The notes: generated by a model from the letters alone, not told the origin. A stretch of 64,000 bases of DNA from Clostridiales bacterium (GCA_029010715.1 JAQXKZ010000024.1:1236-65235); one strand, 5' to 3'; numbered from the stretch's first letter, positions 48,217 through 59,094 are shown. Made by a program: numbers and translations.

Positions 48217-48254
48217 ATATATTTAATAAACTACATTTACCTGGAGGCATCAAC

Positions 48255-50174
48255 ATGGCAAAAAAGCAATTCAAGGCCGAGTCAAAGCGTCTGCTTGATC
48301 TTATGATCAACTCCATATACACAAACCGCGAGATATTCCTGCGCGAGATTATCTCCAACGCGTCCGACGCTATAGACAAGCTCTGCTATCTGTCGCTGAC
48401 GGACACCAACGTGGGTATGAGCCGCGCAGACTATAAGATCGACGTGATCCCCAACAAGGACGAGCGTACCCTCACCGTGCGCGACAACGGCATAGGTATG
48501 ACCGCGGAAGAGTGCGAAAACAACCTCGGCGTTATCGCCAAGAGCGGCACGCTGAAGTTCAGGGACGAAATGGACAAAGAGCAGGCCGAGGGCGAGGATC
48601 TGTCCATAATCGGTCAGTTCGGCGTCGGCTTCTACTCGGCATTCATGGTCGCCGACGAGGTGACCGTCATCACCCGCAAGTACGGCGAGGACATGGGCGT
48701 CAAGTGGACCAGCCGCGGTGCCGACGGCTACACCGTCGCTCCCTGCGAGAAGGAAACTGTCGGCACGGACGTCATCATGCACATCAAGCCCGACACCGAC
48801 GAGGAGATCTTCGGCAGCTTCCTCGAGGTCTGGAAGCTCAAGGCCCTCATCAAGAAGTATTCCGACTACGTGCGCTGGCCCATCAGGATGGACGTGGAGC
48901 GCCGCGAGCGCTATGAGACCGGCGAAAAGGACGACGAGGGCAATCCCAAATACGACTACCGCGTCGTGACCGAGAACGAGACCGTCAACAGCATGATCCC
49001 GATCTGGCAGCGCAGCAAGAGCGAGGTCACCGACGACGACTGCATCGCCTGGTACAAAGAGAAAAACCGCGACCGCAAGGATCCCTGCGCGCTGGTGCGA
49101 ATCAACGCCGAGGGCGCGGTCAGCTACAAGGCCATGCTCTTCATCCCCGGCGAGGAGAACGAAAACGCCTTTACCGGCGACAACAAGGGCGGCATCACCC
49201 TCTATTCCAACGGCGTCATGATAATGGAGAAGTGCGACAAGCTCGTGCACGACTACTTTGAGTTCGTCAAGGGCGTCGTCGACTCGCCCGACCTGTCGCT
49301 TAACATCTCACGCGAGATGCTCCAGCACGACAGACAGCTGCGTGTCATCGGCCAGAACCTCGAAAAGCGCATCAAGGGCGAGCTTGAAAAGCTCATGCGC
49401 GACGACAGAAGCAAATACGAGGAGTTCTTCCGCAACTTCGGCGTGCACATCAAGTGCGGCATATGCGACGAATACGGCCGCTACAAGGATTTCCTGCGCG
49501 ACCTGCTGATATACTGCACCTCCGGGGACCGTCAGGTCACCCTGAAGGAATATGTCGAGAAGATGCCCGAGAGTCAGAAGGCCATCTACTATGCAAGCTC
49601 CGATTCCCTGAAGCACGCGATGAGCCTGCCGCAGTGTGAGGACGTCCGCTCCAGAGGCTATGAACTCATCTATCTCACCAGCCCGCTCGACGAGATGGTG
49701 CTGGAATGCCTCGGCGATCAGGACGGCAAGCCCTTCTGCAACGTCGTCACCGACGACCTCGGTTTCGAGACCGACGACGAGAAGAAAGCCGCCGAGGAGC
49801 GCGACATAGAGAACAAGGAGCTGCTCGATTTCATCAAGGACTCCGTCGGCGATGACGTCGCGAGCGTCAGGCTTTCCCGTAAGCTCACCAGCCAGCCCTG
49901 CTGCCTGACCACTGAGGGCGGTATAACGCTGGAGATGGAGAAGTATTTCCGCCGCGGTCCGAGCGAGGAGATGCGCAAGGTGCGCGCGAAGCGCGTACTG
50001 GAGCTCAACCCCGAGCATCACGCCTTCGCGGCGCTCAAGGCCGCATGGGACGCCGGCGACAGGGAGAAGGCACGGAACATGTCCCTGATCCTCGCACGTC
50101 TGGCAGAGATGGTATCCGGTGCGGAGATCGAGGATCCCGCCGCTTTCGCGGCTCTCGTCAGCGAGCTGTTCTGA
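48255..50174 (+). CDS. htpG: Molecular chaperone HtpG (Hsp90)
   Basis: ORF 48186..50174, trimmed to ATG 48255 (MAKKQFKAESKRLLDLMINSIYTNREIFLREIISNASDAIDK; GGAGG RBS). The longer start lies upstream of the predicted promoter. Confidence 0.93.
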   Translation: MAKKQFKAESKRLLDLMINSIYTNREIFLREIISNASDAIDKLCYLSLTDTNVGMSRADYKIDVIPNKDERTLTVRDNGIGMTAEECENNLGVIAKSGTLKFRDEMDKEQAEGEDLSIIGQFGVGFYSAFMVADEVTVITRKYGEDMGVKWTSRGADGYTVAPCEKETVGTDVIMHIKPDTDEEIFGSFLEVWKLKALIKKYSDYVRWPIRMDVERRERYETGEKDDEGNPKYDYRVVTENETVNSMIPIWQRSKSEVTDDDCIAWYKEKNRDRKDPCALVRINAEGAVSYKAMLFIPGEENENAFTGDNKGGITLYSNGVMIMEKCDKLVHDYFEFVKGVVDSPDLSLNISREMLQHDRQLRVIGQNLEKRIKGELEKLMRDDRSKYEEFFRNFGVHIKCGICDEYGRYKDFLRDLLIYCTSGDRQVTLKEYVEKMPESQKAIYYASSDSLKHAMSLPQCEDVRSRGYELIYLTSPLDEMVLECLGDQDGKPFCNVVTDDLGFETDDEKKAAEERDIENKELLDFIKDSVGDDVASVRLSRKLTSQPCCLTTEGGITLEMEKYFRRGPSEEMRKVRAKRVLELNPEHHAFAALKAAWDAGDREKARNMSLILARLAEMVSGAEIEDPAAFAALVSELF

Positions 50175-50455
50175 GCCGCCGGGAGCGTCATTTGGACATC
50201 AGGCGGGAGAGACCGCGCTTACTTCAGCGCTCCGCCTTGCGAAAAGTATTTCAGGCAGCCTGTGCGTCCGCTGTGCCGGGCACTGCCCTGACGCTCATAC
50301 CATCGGCGAACCGGGGACGCAGGGAATACTTTCCCTATTGTCAGGAGCTGTGACGCAGCTTGAGCGCATGCCCTCCCGTCAAGGCCCTGTGCCGCCATGT
50401 TCGCCGTCGGCAGTATAAAACGATTTAATCTTTCACGCATGGAGAAACATGTTTC

Positions 50456-51721
50456 ATGAGAAAAAGGCTGGGAATATATATACACATACCCTTCTGTGCC
50501 AGCAAATGCAGCTACTGCGACTTTTACTCGCTGTCCAACTGCGACTATATGATGCCGGATTATCAGGAGGCGCTGCTCGACCATATTGAGGAGTCCGCGC
50601 ACTCAATCAAAAACTACGAGGTCGACTCCATATACTTCGGCGGCGGTACGCCCAGCTTTTACGGAGCCGACAGGCTGGTCGAGATCTTCGACACGCTGAA
50701 GCTCAACGGCAATGTGCGCCTCGATTCCGAGGTCACGGTCGAGTGCAACCCCGACAGCATCAGTCTCACCGCGCTCAAGCTGCTCAGGAGCGAGGGCGTC
50801 AACAGGCTGTCCATCGGCATACAGGCTTCGGACAATAACCTGCTGAAGCTCATCGGGCGCCGGCACAATTTTCAGCAGGCGCAGAAAGCCTTTGCCGACG
50901 CGCGCCGCGCCGGCTTCGACAATATAAGCGTCGATCTGATGTACGGCCTGCCGAGCCAGAGCAAGAGCGATTGGGCCGGGACTCTGGCCAAAATAGTTGA
51001 GATGCACCCCGAGCACATATCCTGCTACGGTCTGAAGCTCGAACCGGGTACAAAGATGTACAGGGAGTACCACGGCTCGGCCATTCTGCCGGATGACGAC
51101 GAGCAGGCGGACATGTATTCCTTTGCCGCCGACATGCTTGAACGCTACGGCTACAGGCAGTACGAGATATCCAATTTCGCCGCGCCCGGCTATGAGTCCA
51201 GACACAACCTGAAGTACTGGAACATGGACGATTATATGAGCTTCGGCCCCGGGGCGCACTCATGCATAGGCAACCTGCGCTACAGCTTTGTCAAGGACCT
51301 GAAGCAGTATATCTACGGCGTCCACAAGAAGATAAGCATAGTGGAGGAATACGAGGAGATAGACCCGCTCGAACGCGCGGTCGAGTACGTCATGCTCGGC
51401 ATGCGCACCTCGCGCGGCATATCCGAGCACGATTACCGTATCCGCTGCCAGTGCGACTGGCGGCCGATACTGCAGGTGCTGAAGGCATTCAAAGAAAAGG
51501 GCTGGGTCGAGCAGACCGAGGACCGCTGGCATTTTACCGTCCCCGGCTTCCTCATCTCCAACACCCTGATAGGCATAATGCTCGAAACCCAGGCCAGCGG
51601 CCGCATAGACGGCACTCCGTGGATACAGGACGCCGACCGCGCGGCATACAAGATAAGCCTGCCCAAGGGCGAAGAGGAACTGTTTACCGAGCTCTACGAG
51701 CAGAAAAAGAGCGAGCAATGA
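50456..51721 (+). CDS. hemW: Radical SAM heme chaperone HemW (HemN-like)
   Basis: 421 aa. YIHIPFCASKCSYCDF is the radical-SAM CxxxCxxC motif. Confidence 0.85.
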   Translation: MRKRLGIYIHIPFCASKCSYCDFYSLSNCDYMMPDYQEALLDHIEESAHSIKNYEVDSIYFGGGTPSFYGADRLVEIFDTLKLNGNVRLDSEVTVECNPDSISLTALKLLRSEGVNRLSIGIQASDNNLLKLIGRRHNFQQAQKAFADARRAGFDNISVDLMYGLPSQSKSDWAGTLAKIVEMHPEHISCYGLKLEPGTKMYREYHGSAILPDDDEQADMYSFAADMLERYGYRQYEISNFAAPGYESRHNLKYWNMDDYMSFGPGAHSCIGNLRYSFVKDLKQYIYGVHKKISIVEEYEEIDPLERAVEYVMLGMRTSRGISEHDYRIRCQCDWRPILQVLKAFKEKGWVEQTEDRWHFTVPGFLISNTLIGIMLETQASGRIDGTPWIQDADRAAYKISLPKGEEELFTELYEQKKSEQ

Positions 51722-51731
51722 GGGTATTGAC

Positions 51732-53588
51732 TTGACAGATAAGAACAACAATCCAAATATGGCCGGCGGAAGCTCCGATCCCTCCTCACAGGAGACCGGA
51801 GCTCAGCGCCGCGAGCTCCCGGAGACAGAGCAGAAAGCCGAAAAGGCCGGAGCCGCAGCCAAAAAAAAGCGGGCGCGCGCTGAGACCCACGGCAGGAAAA
51901 CCGGAACGACAAGGGCGAACGAGGAGTCCGTCTGGGACCGGCTGCGCCGGGATTCCGCCGCAAAGCGCGGCGCGGATAAAAAGGCGGAGAAGCCTCAGCC
52001 CAGCCCTGAAGAACTCAAAAAGAAAGCTGAGCGCGCAAAGCACGCGAAGCTTGCGGCGGTGATCTTTGTCGCTTTCTTTGCGCTTTTGATCTCCGCCCTC
52101 GCGATCGGCGGATATATCGTAACGTTCGGCGCCACGAACTTCCCCAACGTGTACATCGCCGGCATAGACGTCGGCGGGATGACGAAGGAGCAGACTCGCG
52201 CCGTGCTCGAGCAGAACAACTGGGACAGGAAGGTCGACAGCGTTCTGACCGTCAAGCTCCCCGCCAAAGTCAGCTTCAAGGTAGATTATACCGGCTCCGG
52301 CGCCAAGCTCACGGCGGACCGCGCCGTTGAAGCGGCATACGGCTACGGACGCGACCACAACTGGTTCACCAATCTCTTCAGGTACCTGCTCAACTGCCTC
52401 GTCCCGGTCGATATAGACCAGGATGTGAAAACACTGAACTCCGAATATATCAGGAGCCGTATAAACGGCGGCCTTGAACAGCTCGCGGCGGCGACCGTTG
52501 ACAAGGGCTATAAAATCGACAGAGACAAAAAGCTGCTGACCATGGTCAAGGGCGCGGGTAAGATACGGCTCGACGAGACCGGGCTGTATAACGCCGTAAC
52601 CGCGGCGCTGCTGGCCGGCCAGGAGGAGACGAGCTACTCGACTCTGGCCGAGGAGCTGACCGAGCCTGACTTCCAGAAGCTTTACAGCGAGCTTGCCGTC
52701 GAGCCGGCGGACGCATACTTCACGGAGACCTTTGACGTCGTGGACGAAGTGATCGGCTGCCGCTTCAACGTGGACACGGCAAAAAAGGTATGGGAGGCCG
52801 CAGGGCTTGCCGAGGAGGTAAAGATACCTCTGGAGATCACCTATCCCGAGGTCACGGCGGAGAAGCTGCGCGCCTCGCTGTACGCGGATAAGCTCGGCTC
52901 ACAGACCACATATTACACCTGGAGCACCGCAAACCGTATCAACAACATCAACCTCGCCGCTGACAAGATCAACGGACTCATCATGATGCCCGGCGACGTA
53001 TTCTCTTTCAACGAGTCCATCGGCCAGCGCACCGAGGAGGCCGGCTTCAAATCCGCCGGCGCCTACAATGACGGCCAGGTCGTCGAGGCCATAGGCGGCG
53101 GTATCTGCCAGGTATCGTCCACGCTCTACTGCGCGACTATGTTCGCAAACCTCAAGACCGTCAGCCGCACCAACCACTATTTCAGGGTCGACTACCTCGA
53201 CTACGGACTTGACGCGACCGTAAGCTGGACAAAGCCCGACTATAAATTTTCAAACAACCGCGACTATCCTATCAAGCTCGTGGCCTACTGCGACAACGAT
53301 GAGAAGTCCCTGACTATAGAGATCTGGGGCACCGACGTCGACGGCAGCTATGTCACGCTGCGCCATACCAGCGAGCCCGTATACGATGAGACCTATACCG
53401 ACACGGTCATCGGCTACACCGTCTACGGCTACCGCACCGTCTACGACGCCGACGGCAACTACCTCTACGAGCTCTCCGAGCCCGGCGGTGTGTATTATCT
53501 GCACGCCGAGAGTATCGACTGGCCGGAGGAAAAGCTGAGCGAGGACGAGTATATAGGCGCGCTGGAACAGTTAACCCGTGCAGGCTGA
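51732..53588 (+). CDS. VanW-family protein (disordered basic N-terminus, TM anchor, VanW domain)
   Basis: 618 aa. VanW core GGGICQVSSTLYCA...TNHYFRVDY...GLDATVSW. The listed start is TTG 51732; ATG 51759 is an alternative. Confidence 0.8.
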   Translation: MTDKNNNPNMAGGSSDPSSQETGAQRRELPETEQKAEKAGAAAKKKRARAETHGRKTGTTRANEESVWDRLRRDSAAKRGADKKAEKPQPSPEELKKKAERAKHAKLAAVIFVAFFALLISALAIGGYIVTFGATNFPNVYIAGIDVGGMTKEQTRAVLEQNNWDRKVDSVLTVKLPAKVSFKVDYTGSGAKLTADRAVEAAYGYGRDHNWFTNLFRYLLNCLVPVDIDQDVKTLNSEYIRSRINGGLEQLAAATVDKGYKIDRDKKLLTMVKGAGKIRLDETGLYNAVTAALLAGQEETSYSTLAEELTEPDFQKLYSELAVEPADAYFTETFDVVDEVIGCRFNVDTAKKVWEAAGLAEEVKIPLEITYPEVTAEKLRASLYADKLGSQTTYYTWSTANRINNINLAADKINGLIMMPGDVFSFNESIGQRTEEAGFKSAGAYNDGQVVEAIGGGICQVSSTLYCATMFANLKTVSRTNHYFRVDYLDYGLDATVSWTKPDYKFSNNRDYPIKLVAYCDNDEKSLTIEIWGTDVDGSYVTLRHTSEPVYDETYTDTVIGYTVYGYRTVYDADGNYLYELSEPGGVYYLHAESIDWPEEKLSEDEYIGALEQLTRAG

Positions 53589-53624
53589 GCACCGGCTGCA
53601 CAGACATATACAGGAGAAGAGAGC

Positions 53625-55571
53625 ATGGAAAAGAAAACCTTTTTTATCACCACACCCATCTACTATCCCTCTGACAAGCTGCACATAGGCCACGCCTACT
53701 GCACCGTGGCGACCGACGCCATCGCCCGCTACAAGAGGCTCTGCGGCTATGACGTGATGTTCCTCACCGGTACCGATGAGCACGGCCAGAAGATCGAAGA
53801 AAAGGCCAGGGCCGCCGGCATCACCCCGCAGGAGTTCGTCGACCGCATCGTCGAAGGCGAAAAGGGCGTCAAGGATCTCTGGAAACTGATGAACATCTCC
53901 AACGACCGCTTCATCCGCACCACCGACGACTACCATGTCCTGTCCGTACAGCGCATCTTCAAGAAGATGTACGAAAAGGGCGACATTTATAAGGGCGCAT
54001 ACAAGGGCAAATACTGCACCCCCTGCGAAAGCTTCTGGACCGAGAGCCAGCTTGAGGACGGCAAGTGCCCCGACTGCGGCGGCCCCGTGCACGACGCAGA
54101 GGAGGAAGCCTATTTCTTCCGCCTCTCCAAATACGCCAAGCCCGTGCAGGAGCTGCTGGAGACCGGCACCTTCCTCACTCCCCCGTCCCGCGTCAATGAG
54201 ATGATAAACAACTTTATCAAGCCGGGTCTGGAGGACCTCTGTGTCTCCCGTACCAGCTTCAGCTGGGGCATACCCGTGGATTTCGATCCGGGTCATGTCG
54301 TATACGTCTGGGTCGACGCGCTGTTCAACTACTGCACCGCGCTCGGCTTTCTCAACGACAAATACGACGATTTTGACAGGTACTGGCCCGCAGACGTGCA
54401 CATCGTCGGCAAGGAGATCGTCCGCTTCCATTCGATCATCTGGCCCGCCCTGCTCATGAGCATGGACCTGCCTCTGCCCAAGAGAGTGTACGGCCACGGC
54501 TGGCTCGTCATTGACGGCGGCAAGATGTCCAAGTCCAAGGGCAACGTCGTCGACCCCTATCTGCTGGCGGATAAATTCGGCGTGGACGCGCTGCGCTTCT
54601 TCCTGCTGCGTACCTTCCCCTTCGGCTCGGACGGCAACTTCTCCAATGAGCTGCTGATAAGCACCATCAACACCGACCTCGCCAACGATCTCGGCAACCT
54701 CGTCAGCCGCACGACCGCGATGGTCGAGAAGTACTTCGGCGGCACTCTGCCCGCAGAGCGCGAGGCCGGCCCGGCAGACGACGAGCTTGTCGGTATGATT
54801 AAAGCCGTTCGCGGGAAGTATGCCGCGCAGATGGAGGAATTTCAGCTGCACACGGCGCTTGAGGAGGTGTTCAGGCTCATCCAGCGCGCCAACAAGTATA
54901 TCGACGAGACTGCCCCCTGGGTGCTCGCCAAGGATGAAGGCAAAAAGGCGAGGCTAGCCTCCGTCATGTACAATCTGCTTGAGGCGCTGCGCGTGTCTCT
55001 GATCCTGCTCAGCCCCTTCATTCCCGAAAGCTGCGAAAAGGCCTTTGCGCAGATCGGCGCGGACGAAGCCAGCCGCAGCTGGGACAGCGCCGCAGTATAC
55101 GGCAGCCTGCCCGCATCCGTTACCGTGCGCAAGGGCGAGACGCTCTTCCCGCGTGTCGACATGGCCAAGGCTCTCGAGGAGCTCGCGAAGGCCGAAGCAA
55201 AGCCCGCCGCGCCCAAGGCGCCCCCCGTTCTGCCGAACGTGACTATAGACGAGTTCGCCAAGTGCGACATGCGCGTGTGCAAGGTGCTCTCCTGCGAGGC
55301 TGTCAAAAAGTCCGAGAAGCTCCTGAAGTTCTCTCTGGACGACGGCAGCGGCACTCCGCGCCAGATTCTCTCCGGCATCCACAAGTTCTACGAGCCCGAG
55401 GATCTCGTCGGCAAGACCGTCGTCGCCATCCTGAACCTGCCCACGCGCAAGATGATGGGCCTTGAGTCCAACGGCATGCTGCTCTCCGCCGTCCGCGAGA
55501 CAGACGGCAAGGAGGAGCTGAACCTGATAATGCTCGACGACTCCGTACCAGCGGGAGCACAGCTCTGCTGA
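53625..55571 (+). CDS. metG: Methionine--tRNA ligase with C-terminal tRNA-binding (EMAP/Trbp111-like) domain
   Basis: 648 aa. HIGH (LHIGHAY) and KMSKS motifs, plus the zinc knuckle CTPC...CPDCG. Confidence 0.95.
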   Translation: MEKKTFFITTPIYYPSDKLHIGHAYCTVATDAIARYKRLCGYDVMFLTGTDEHGQKIEEKARAAGITPQEFVDRIVEGEKGVKDLWKLMNISNDRFIRTTDDYHVLSVQRIFKKMYEKGDIYKGAYKGKYCTPCESFWTESQLEDGKCPDCGGPVHDAEEEAYFFRLSKYAKPVQELLETGTFLTPPSRVNEMINNFIKPGLEDLCVSRTSFSWGIPVDFDPGHVVYVWVDALFNYCTALGFLNDKYDDFDRYWPADVHIVGKEIVRFHSIIWPALLMSMDLPLPKRVYGHGWLVIDGGKMSKSKGNVVDPYLLADKFGVDALRFFLLRTFPFGSDGNFSNELLISTINTDLANDLGNLVSRTTAMVEKYFGGTLPAEREAGPADDELVGMIKAVRGKYAAQMEEFQLHTALEEVFRLIQRANKYIDETAPWVLAKDEGKKARLASVMYNLLEALRVSLILLSPFIPESCEKAFAQIGADEASRSWDSAAVYGSLPASVTVRKGETLFPRVDMAKALEELAKAEAKPAAPKAPPVLPNVTIDEFAKCDMRVCKVLSCEAVKKSEKLLKFSLDDGSGTPRQILSGIHKFYEPEDLVGKTVVAILNLPTRKMMGLESNGMLLSAVRETDGKEELNLIMLDDSVPAGAQLC

Positions 55572-55628
55572 CGGCGTCAGAAGAAACTCGCTCCATTCCG
55601 CTTCCGCCTGACGGCAAAAGGCAAAAAC

Positions 55629-55663
55629 AAAAGAACTCCCGTACCGTGTACGGGAGTTCTTTT
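55629..55663. terminator. Bidirectional terminator between convergent metG and argS
   Basis: AAAAGAACTCCCGTAC-CGT-GTACGGGAGTTCTTTT, a perfect 16-bp stem. Confidence 0.85.
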
Positions 55664-55693
55664 ATACGTATCTGTTATACGCGTGTCGGTGCT

Positions 55694-57439
55694 TCACATT
55701 TTTTCCGGGGCGCTTACGCCGATGATGCCGAGCGAGACCGCAATTACGCGGCGGACACAGTCGGCCAGCAGCAGGCGCGCTTCGAGTACGCCCGGCTGCG
55801 CATCCTTGATGCGGCAGACAGTGTAGAAGCGGTGGAAGCGGGCAGCCAGCTCACTGACGTACTTGTTGATGCGGCTCGGATCATAGTCGCGCGCGGCGAG
55901 ACGGATCTCCTCCGGCAGGCCTGCGAGCTGCTTTATAAGCTCGCGCTCGCTCGGGTCTGTGAGAACGGAAGCGTCGACGGCATCCAGAGCGGGCACGGCG
56001 TGGCCTTCGGCGGCCAGCGCCGAGACGAGCGTGCAGATGCGCGCATGGGCGTACTGGACATAGTAGACGGGATTTTCGTTATCCTGACGCTCGGCGAGCT
56101 CCAGATCGAAGAGAACAGGAGTCTCCGGGCGGGAATTGAAGAAGTAGCGCGCGGAGTCTACGGGGATATCGTCGAGCAGATTGGTCAGGGATATGGCCTT
56201 GCCGGTACGCTTGGACATTCTGACCTCCTGGCCGTTGCTCATGAGCTTTACAAGCTGCATGAGCACTATGTCGAGCCGGTGTTCGCCGTCGAGTCCGAGC
56301 GCGTCAAGCGCGCCCTTGAGTCTTGCGACGTGGCCGTGGTGGTCGGCGCCCCAGACGTTGACCGCGATATCAAAGCCACGCTTTTCGAGCTTGTTGCGGT
56401 GATAGGCGATATCTGCGGCAAAATAGGTATAAAATCCGTTGGCTCGGCAGAGCACATCGTCCTTCAGATCGAGCTTGTCAATATCCTCCTGAGTCTTGCC
56501 GGCCCTGCGCAGATTCCCGGCAAGGATGCGGGAGGTCGCAAGCCACAGCGCGCCGTCCTTCTCATAGGTATATCCCCTGTCGGTCAGCGCCTGCACGGTC
56601 TCCCTGACATAGCCGGTATTGTGCAGTTCGCTTTCGAAGAACCACTTGTCGTAGCTGACGCCGTAGCGAAGCAGGTCCGACTGCATTTTGGGTATGTTGC
56701 GCTGCAGGCCGAAGTCGGCCATAGCCTTGTGGCGCTCGGCCTCCGGCTTATCGAGGTAAGCGTCGCCGTTTTCCTCGCGGAAGAGCCTGGCAAGCTCCTT
56801 TATATCGTCGCCGTGATAGCCGTCCTCGGGGAACGCTACAGCTTCCTCGCCGAGAATCAGCTGCCGATAGCGCGCGTCGATGGAGGTGGCGAACTTCTCT
56901 ATCTGGTTGCCGGCATCGTTGACATAGAACTCGCGCCAGACCTTATAGCCTGCGCGGTCAAGCACGGAGGCCAGCGCGTCGCCCAGAACGCCGCCGCGGG
57001 CGTTGCCCATGTGCATAGGTCCGGTTGGGTTGGCGGAGACGAACTCGACCATGAGCTTCCTGCCGTGACCGACGTCGACACGGCCGTAGTCCTCGCCCTC
57101 GGACACGACGTCCTTCAGGACATCGGCGTACCACGAGTCGGCAAGGCGGAAATTGATAAAGCCGGGTCCGGCGACCTCCACGGAGGAGAACCAGCTGCCG
57201 CCAAGATCAATATTGGCAATCAGGGCCTCGGCAATCTTGCGCGGGGCCATACGCAGAGCCTTCGCACCGGCCATGGCGTGGTTCGCGGCATAGTCGCCGT
57301 TGGCGGTGTCCTTGGGTATTTCCACCGTGCCGCGCAGCACGGCGCCGGCGGGCAGCTGACCGTTCGCGGCGGCCTTTGCAGCGGCCGCGTTGAGAAGGCC
57401 GTTTATGCTTTCTCTGGCTTTTTCTATCATGTTAGACAT
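55694..57439 (-). CDS. argS: Arginine--tRNA ligase
   Basis: 581 aa. SANPTGPMHMGNARG (HIGH region) and an ArgS-type anticodon-binding C-terminus ending ...APEKM. Confidence 0.95.
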   Translation of the reverse strand: MSNMIEKARESINGLLNAAAAKAAANGQLPAGAVLRGTVEIPKDTANGDYAANHAMAGAKALRMAPRKIAEALIANIDLGGSWFSSVEVAGPGFINFRLADSWYADVLKDVVSEGEDYGRVDVGHGRKLMVEFVSANPTGPMHMGNARGGVLGDALASVLDRAGYKVWREFYVNDAGNQIEKFATSIDARYRQLILGEEAVAFPEDGYHGDDIKELARLFREENGDAYLDKPEAERHKAMADFGLQRNIPKMQSDLLRYGVSYDKWFFESELHNTGYVRETVQALTDRGYTYEKDGALWLATSRILAGNLRRAGKTQEDIDKLDLKDDVLCRANGFYTYFAADIAYHRNKLEKRGFDIAVNVWGADHHGHVARLKGALDALGLDGEHRLDIVLMQLVKLMSNGQEVRMSKRTGKAISLTNLLDDIPVDSARYFFNSRPETPVLFDLELAERQDNENPVYYVQYAHARICTLVSALAAEGHAVPALDAVDASVLTDPSERELIKQLAGLPEEIRLAARDYDPSRINKYVSELAARFHRFYTVCRIKDAQPGVLEARLLLADCVRRVIAVSLGIIGVSAPEKM

Positions 57440-57881
57440 TTATCTGCTCTCCCATCTGCTTCAGTAATGTGACGTTAAGTTCAAACCGGTTTCTGCTGAT
57501 TACCGTGTGCTCCATATCCAGCACATAGTCCAGCTCCACGCTACCGCCGTTTGCGTCAAAGCTGTGCAGGATGCTTCTGGTGCTTATCGAAAGAGTGGTC
57601 TGTCCGACCGGCGTATCATAAAGGAATGAGGTCTTCTCCCCTTCGCGGAATATCATGCGGCTCGTTATGCTCCCGTCGTGGTCGACGACGACCTTGTCCG
57701 GCATGACCATTACGCTTGTGCGCGTGCCGTCCATACCGGTGACCACCGTCTCCATATATGTCAGGCAGGCAGTATCCCCGTCCAGCATATACAGTCCGTC
57801 GGTCGTGAACTCGATTATATCCTGATCGTCCAGTCCGCAGTCATGTATGCTCCGGATCGAGATGACAACGTTTTTCATCAT
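57432..57881 (-). CDS. DUF1934-domain protein (YwiB-like, usual argS companion)
   Basis: 149 aa. 8-nt overlap with argS and 4-nt overlap with murI. Confidence 0.7.
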   Translation of the reverse strand: MMKNVVISIRSIHDCGLDDQDIIEFTTDGLYMLDGDTACLTYMETVVTGMDGTRTSVMVMPDKVVVDHDGSITSRMIFREGEKTSFLYDTPVGQTTLSISTRSILHSFDANGGSVELDYVLDMEHTVISRNRFELNVTLLKQMGEQINV

Positions 57882-58687
57882 TGCTCATCCACCTCCATCG
57901 GCGCAGTATACTCGGACCTGACGTCCCAGCCGCCGAGAATGGCTGACGCCTCGGCGTCAAAGGAATCGGTATGGCCGCTGGTAATAAACCTCGTTTCTCC
58001 GTTTCCGCCGGCGATGCCGGAGCTCAGAATGCGGTCGCGCATTTCCTTCGCCGCGCACTCCGAGGCGCTTATAAGCTGAACATCCCCGCCGAGGTACGCG
58101 CTTATCGCGTCGCCGATAATGCCGTAATGCGTACAGCCGAGCAGCAGCGCGGCTATACCGCTTTGCTTCATGGGTCTGAGCGCGCGTTCCACCGCATCCG
58201 TCAGCAGCGGATCGTCCGCCGAAATATGCCAGCTTTCAATAAGCGGAACAAACTCCGGGCAGGCGATGTCGATTATCTCTCGTCCGGGACAGGCCGCGGA
58301 AAGCGCGTTTTTGAAAGCGCCGCATCTTATGCTGGCCTCCGTCGCAATCACGCCGAGAGGCGCGGAACCCGCGACACAGCTCATCGCGCACACCCCCGCC
58401 TTCAGCACGCCGGTCAGCGGCAGCTCACAGGCGTCGAGCACATCCGGCGCGGCGACGGTTATCGTCCCGCAGGCGACAATGACAGCCTTGACGTCATACG
58501 ACAGGACAAGCTCAAGGTCCTGTCGCGCCATCTTCCTTATCATTTCCCGGGGCCTCCCGCCATACGGTACACGGCCGCTGTCGCCGAAGTAGACTATATT
58601 TTCTTTGGGCATCAATTCTCTGAAGGCTTTGACTGCAGTAAGCCCGCCAAGGCCCGTATCGAAGATGCCGACAGGTCTGTTATCCAT
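57878..58687 (-). CDS. murI: Glutamate racemase
   Basis: ORF 57878..58720 (TTG). ATG 58687 is preferred (GGAG RBS 6 nt upstream; MDNRPVGIFDTGLGGLT). The two catalytic Cys regions are present (VIVACGT, LLGCTHY). Confidence 0.9.
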   Translation of the reverse strand: MDNRPVGIFDTGLGGLTAVKAFRELMPKENIVYFGDSGRVPYGGRPREMIRKMARQDLELVLSYDVKAVIVACGTITVAAPDVLDACELPLTGVLKAGVCAMSCVAGSAPLGVIATEASIRCGAFKNALSAACPGREIIDIACPEFVPLIESWHISADDPLLTDAVERALRPMKQSGIAALLLGCTHYGIIGDAISAYLGGDVQLISASECAAKEMRDRILSSGIAGGNGETRFITSGHTDSFDAEASAILGGWDVRSEYTAPMEVDEQ

Positions 58688-58836
58688 TAAACGCTCCATT
58701 CCATCGTTTGACAAGAGCACACGCCTGACCGCGTGTCCCTACGGCGCTTTTCGCCCTGCGCGGGCCAATGAAGCCGACATCTTAATATAACTCAAAGCCG
58801 CTTCCATTACAAGCAAAATTTGTATTGTTTACCCAG

Positions 58837-58865
58837 TGGAATTAGGCTGTTAACTCTGCTATAAT
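58837..58865 (+). promoter_or_regulatory. Putative extended -10 promoter driving a ~220-nt leader, the hypothetical gene and greA
   Basis: TGGAAT, 17-nt spacer, TGcTATAAT (58857-58865). Confidence 0.45.
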
Positions 58866-59094
58866 AAATATGAACGAGAATCCTTACGGCTTCTCCTCAC
58901 TTTTATCCGCTGCACAGCATATGTCCCGCGCTGACCCAGAGCCGGACAATTTGAGAGCCGGCACGGAATGAAGCCGGCCGCCGCGGCGCTTCGCGCAGCG
59001 CAGGGGACGCTGAAGCCGCGGAGCGGCAAAGGGCCGGGTCAGAATCAGACATTCCGTTCCTGCGGCGGCGCATGAAAAAAAAGGAGGCGGTACT

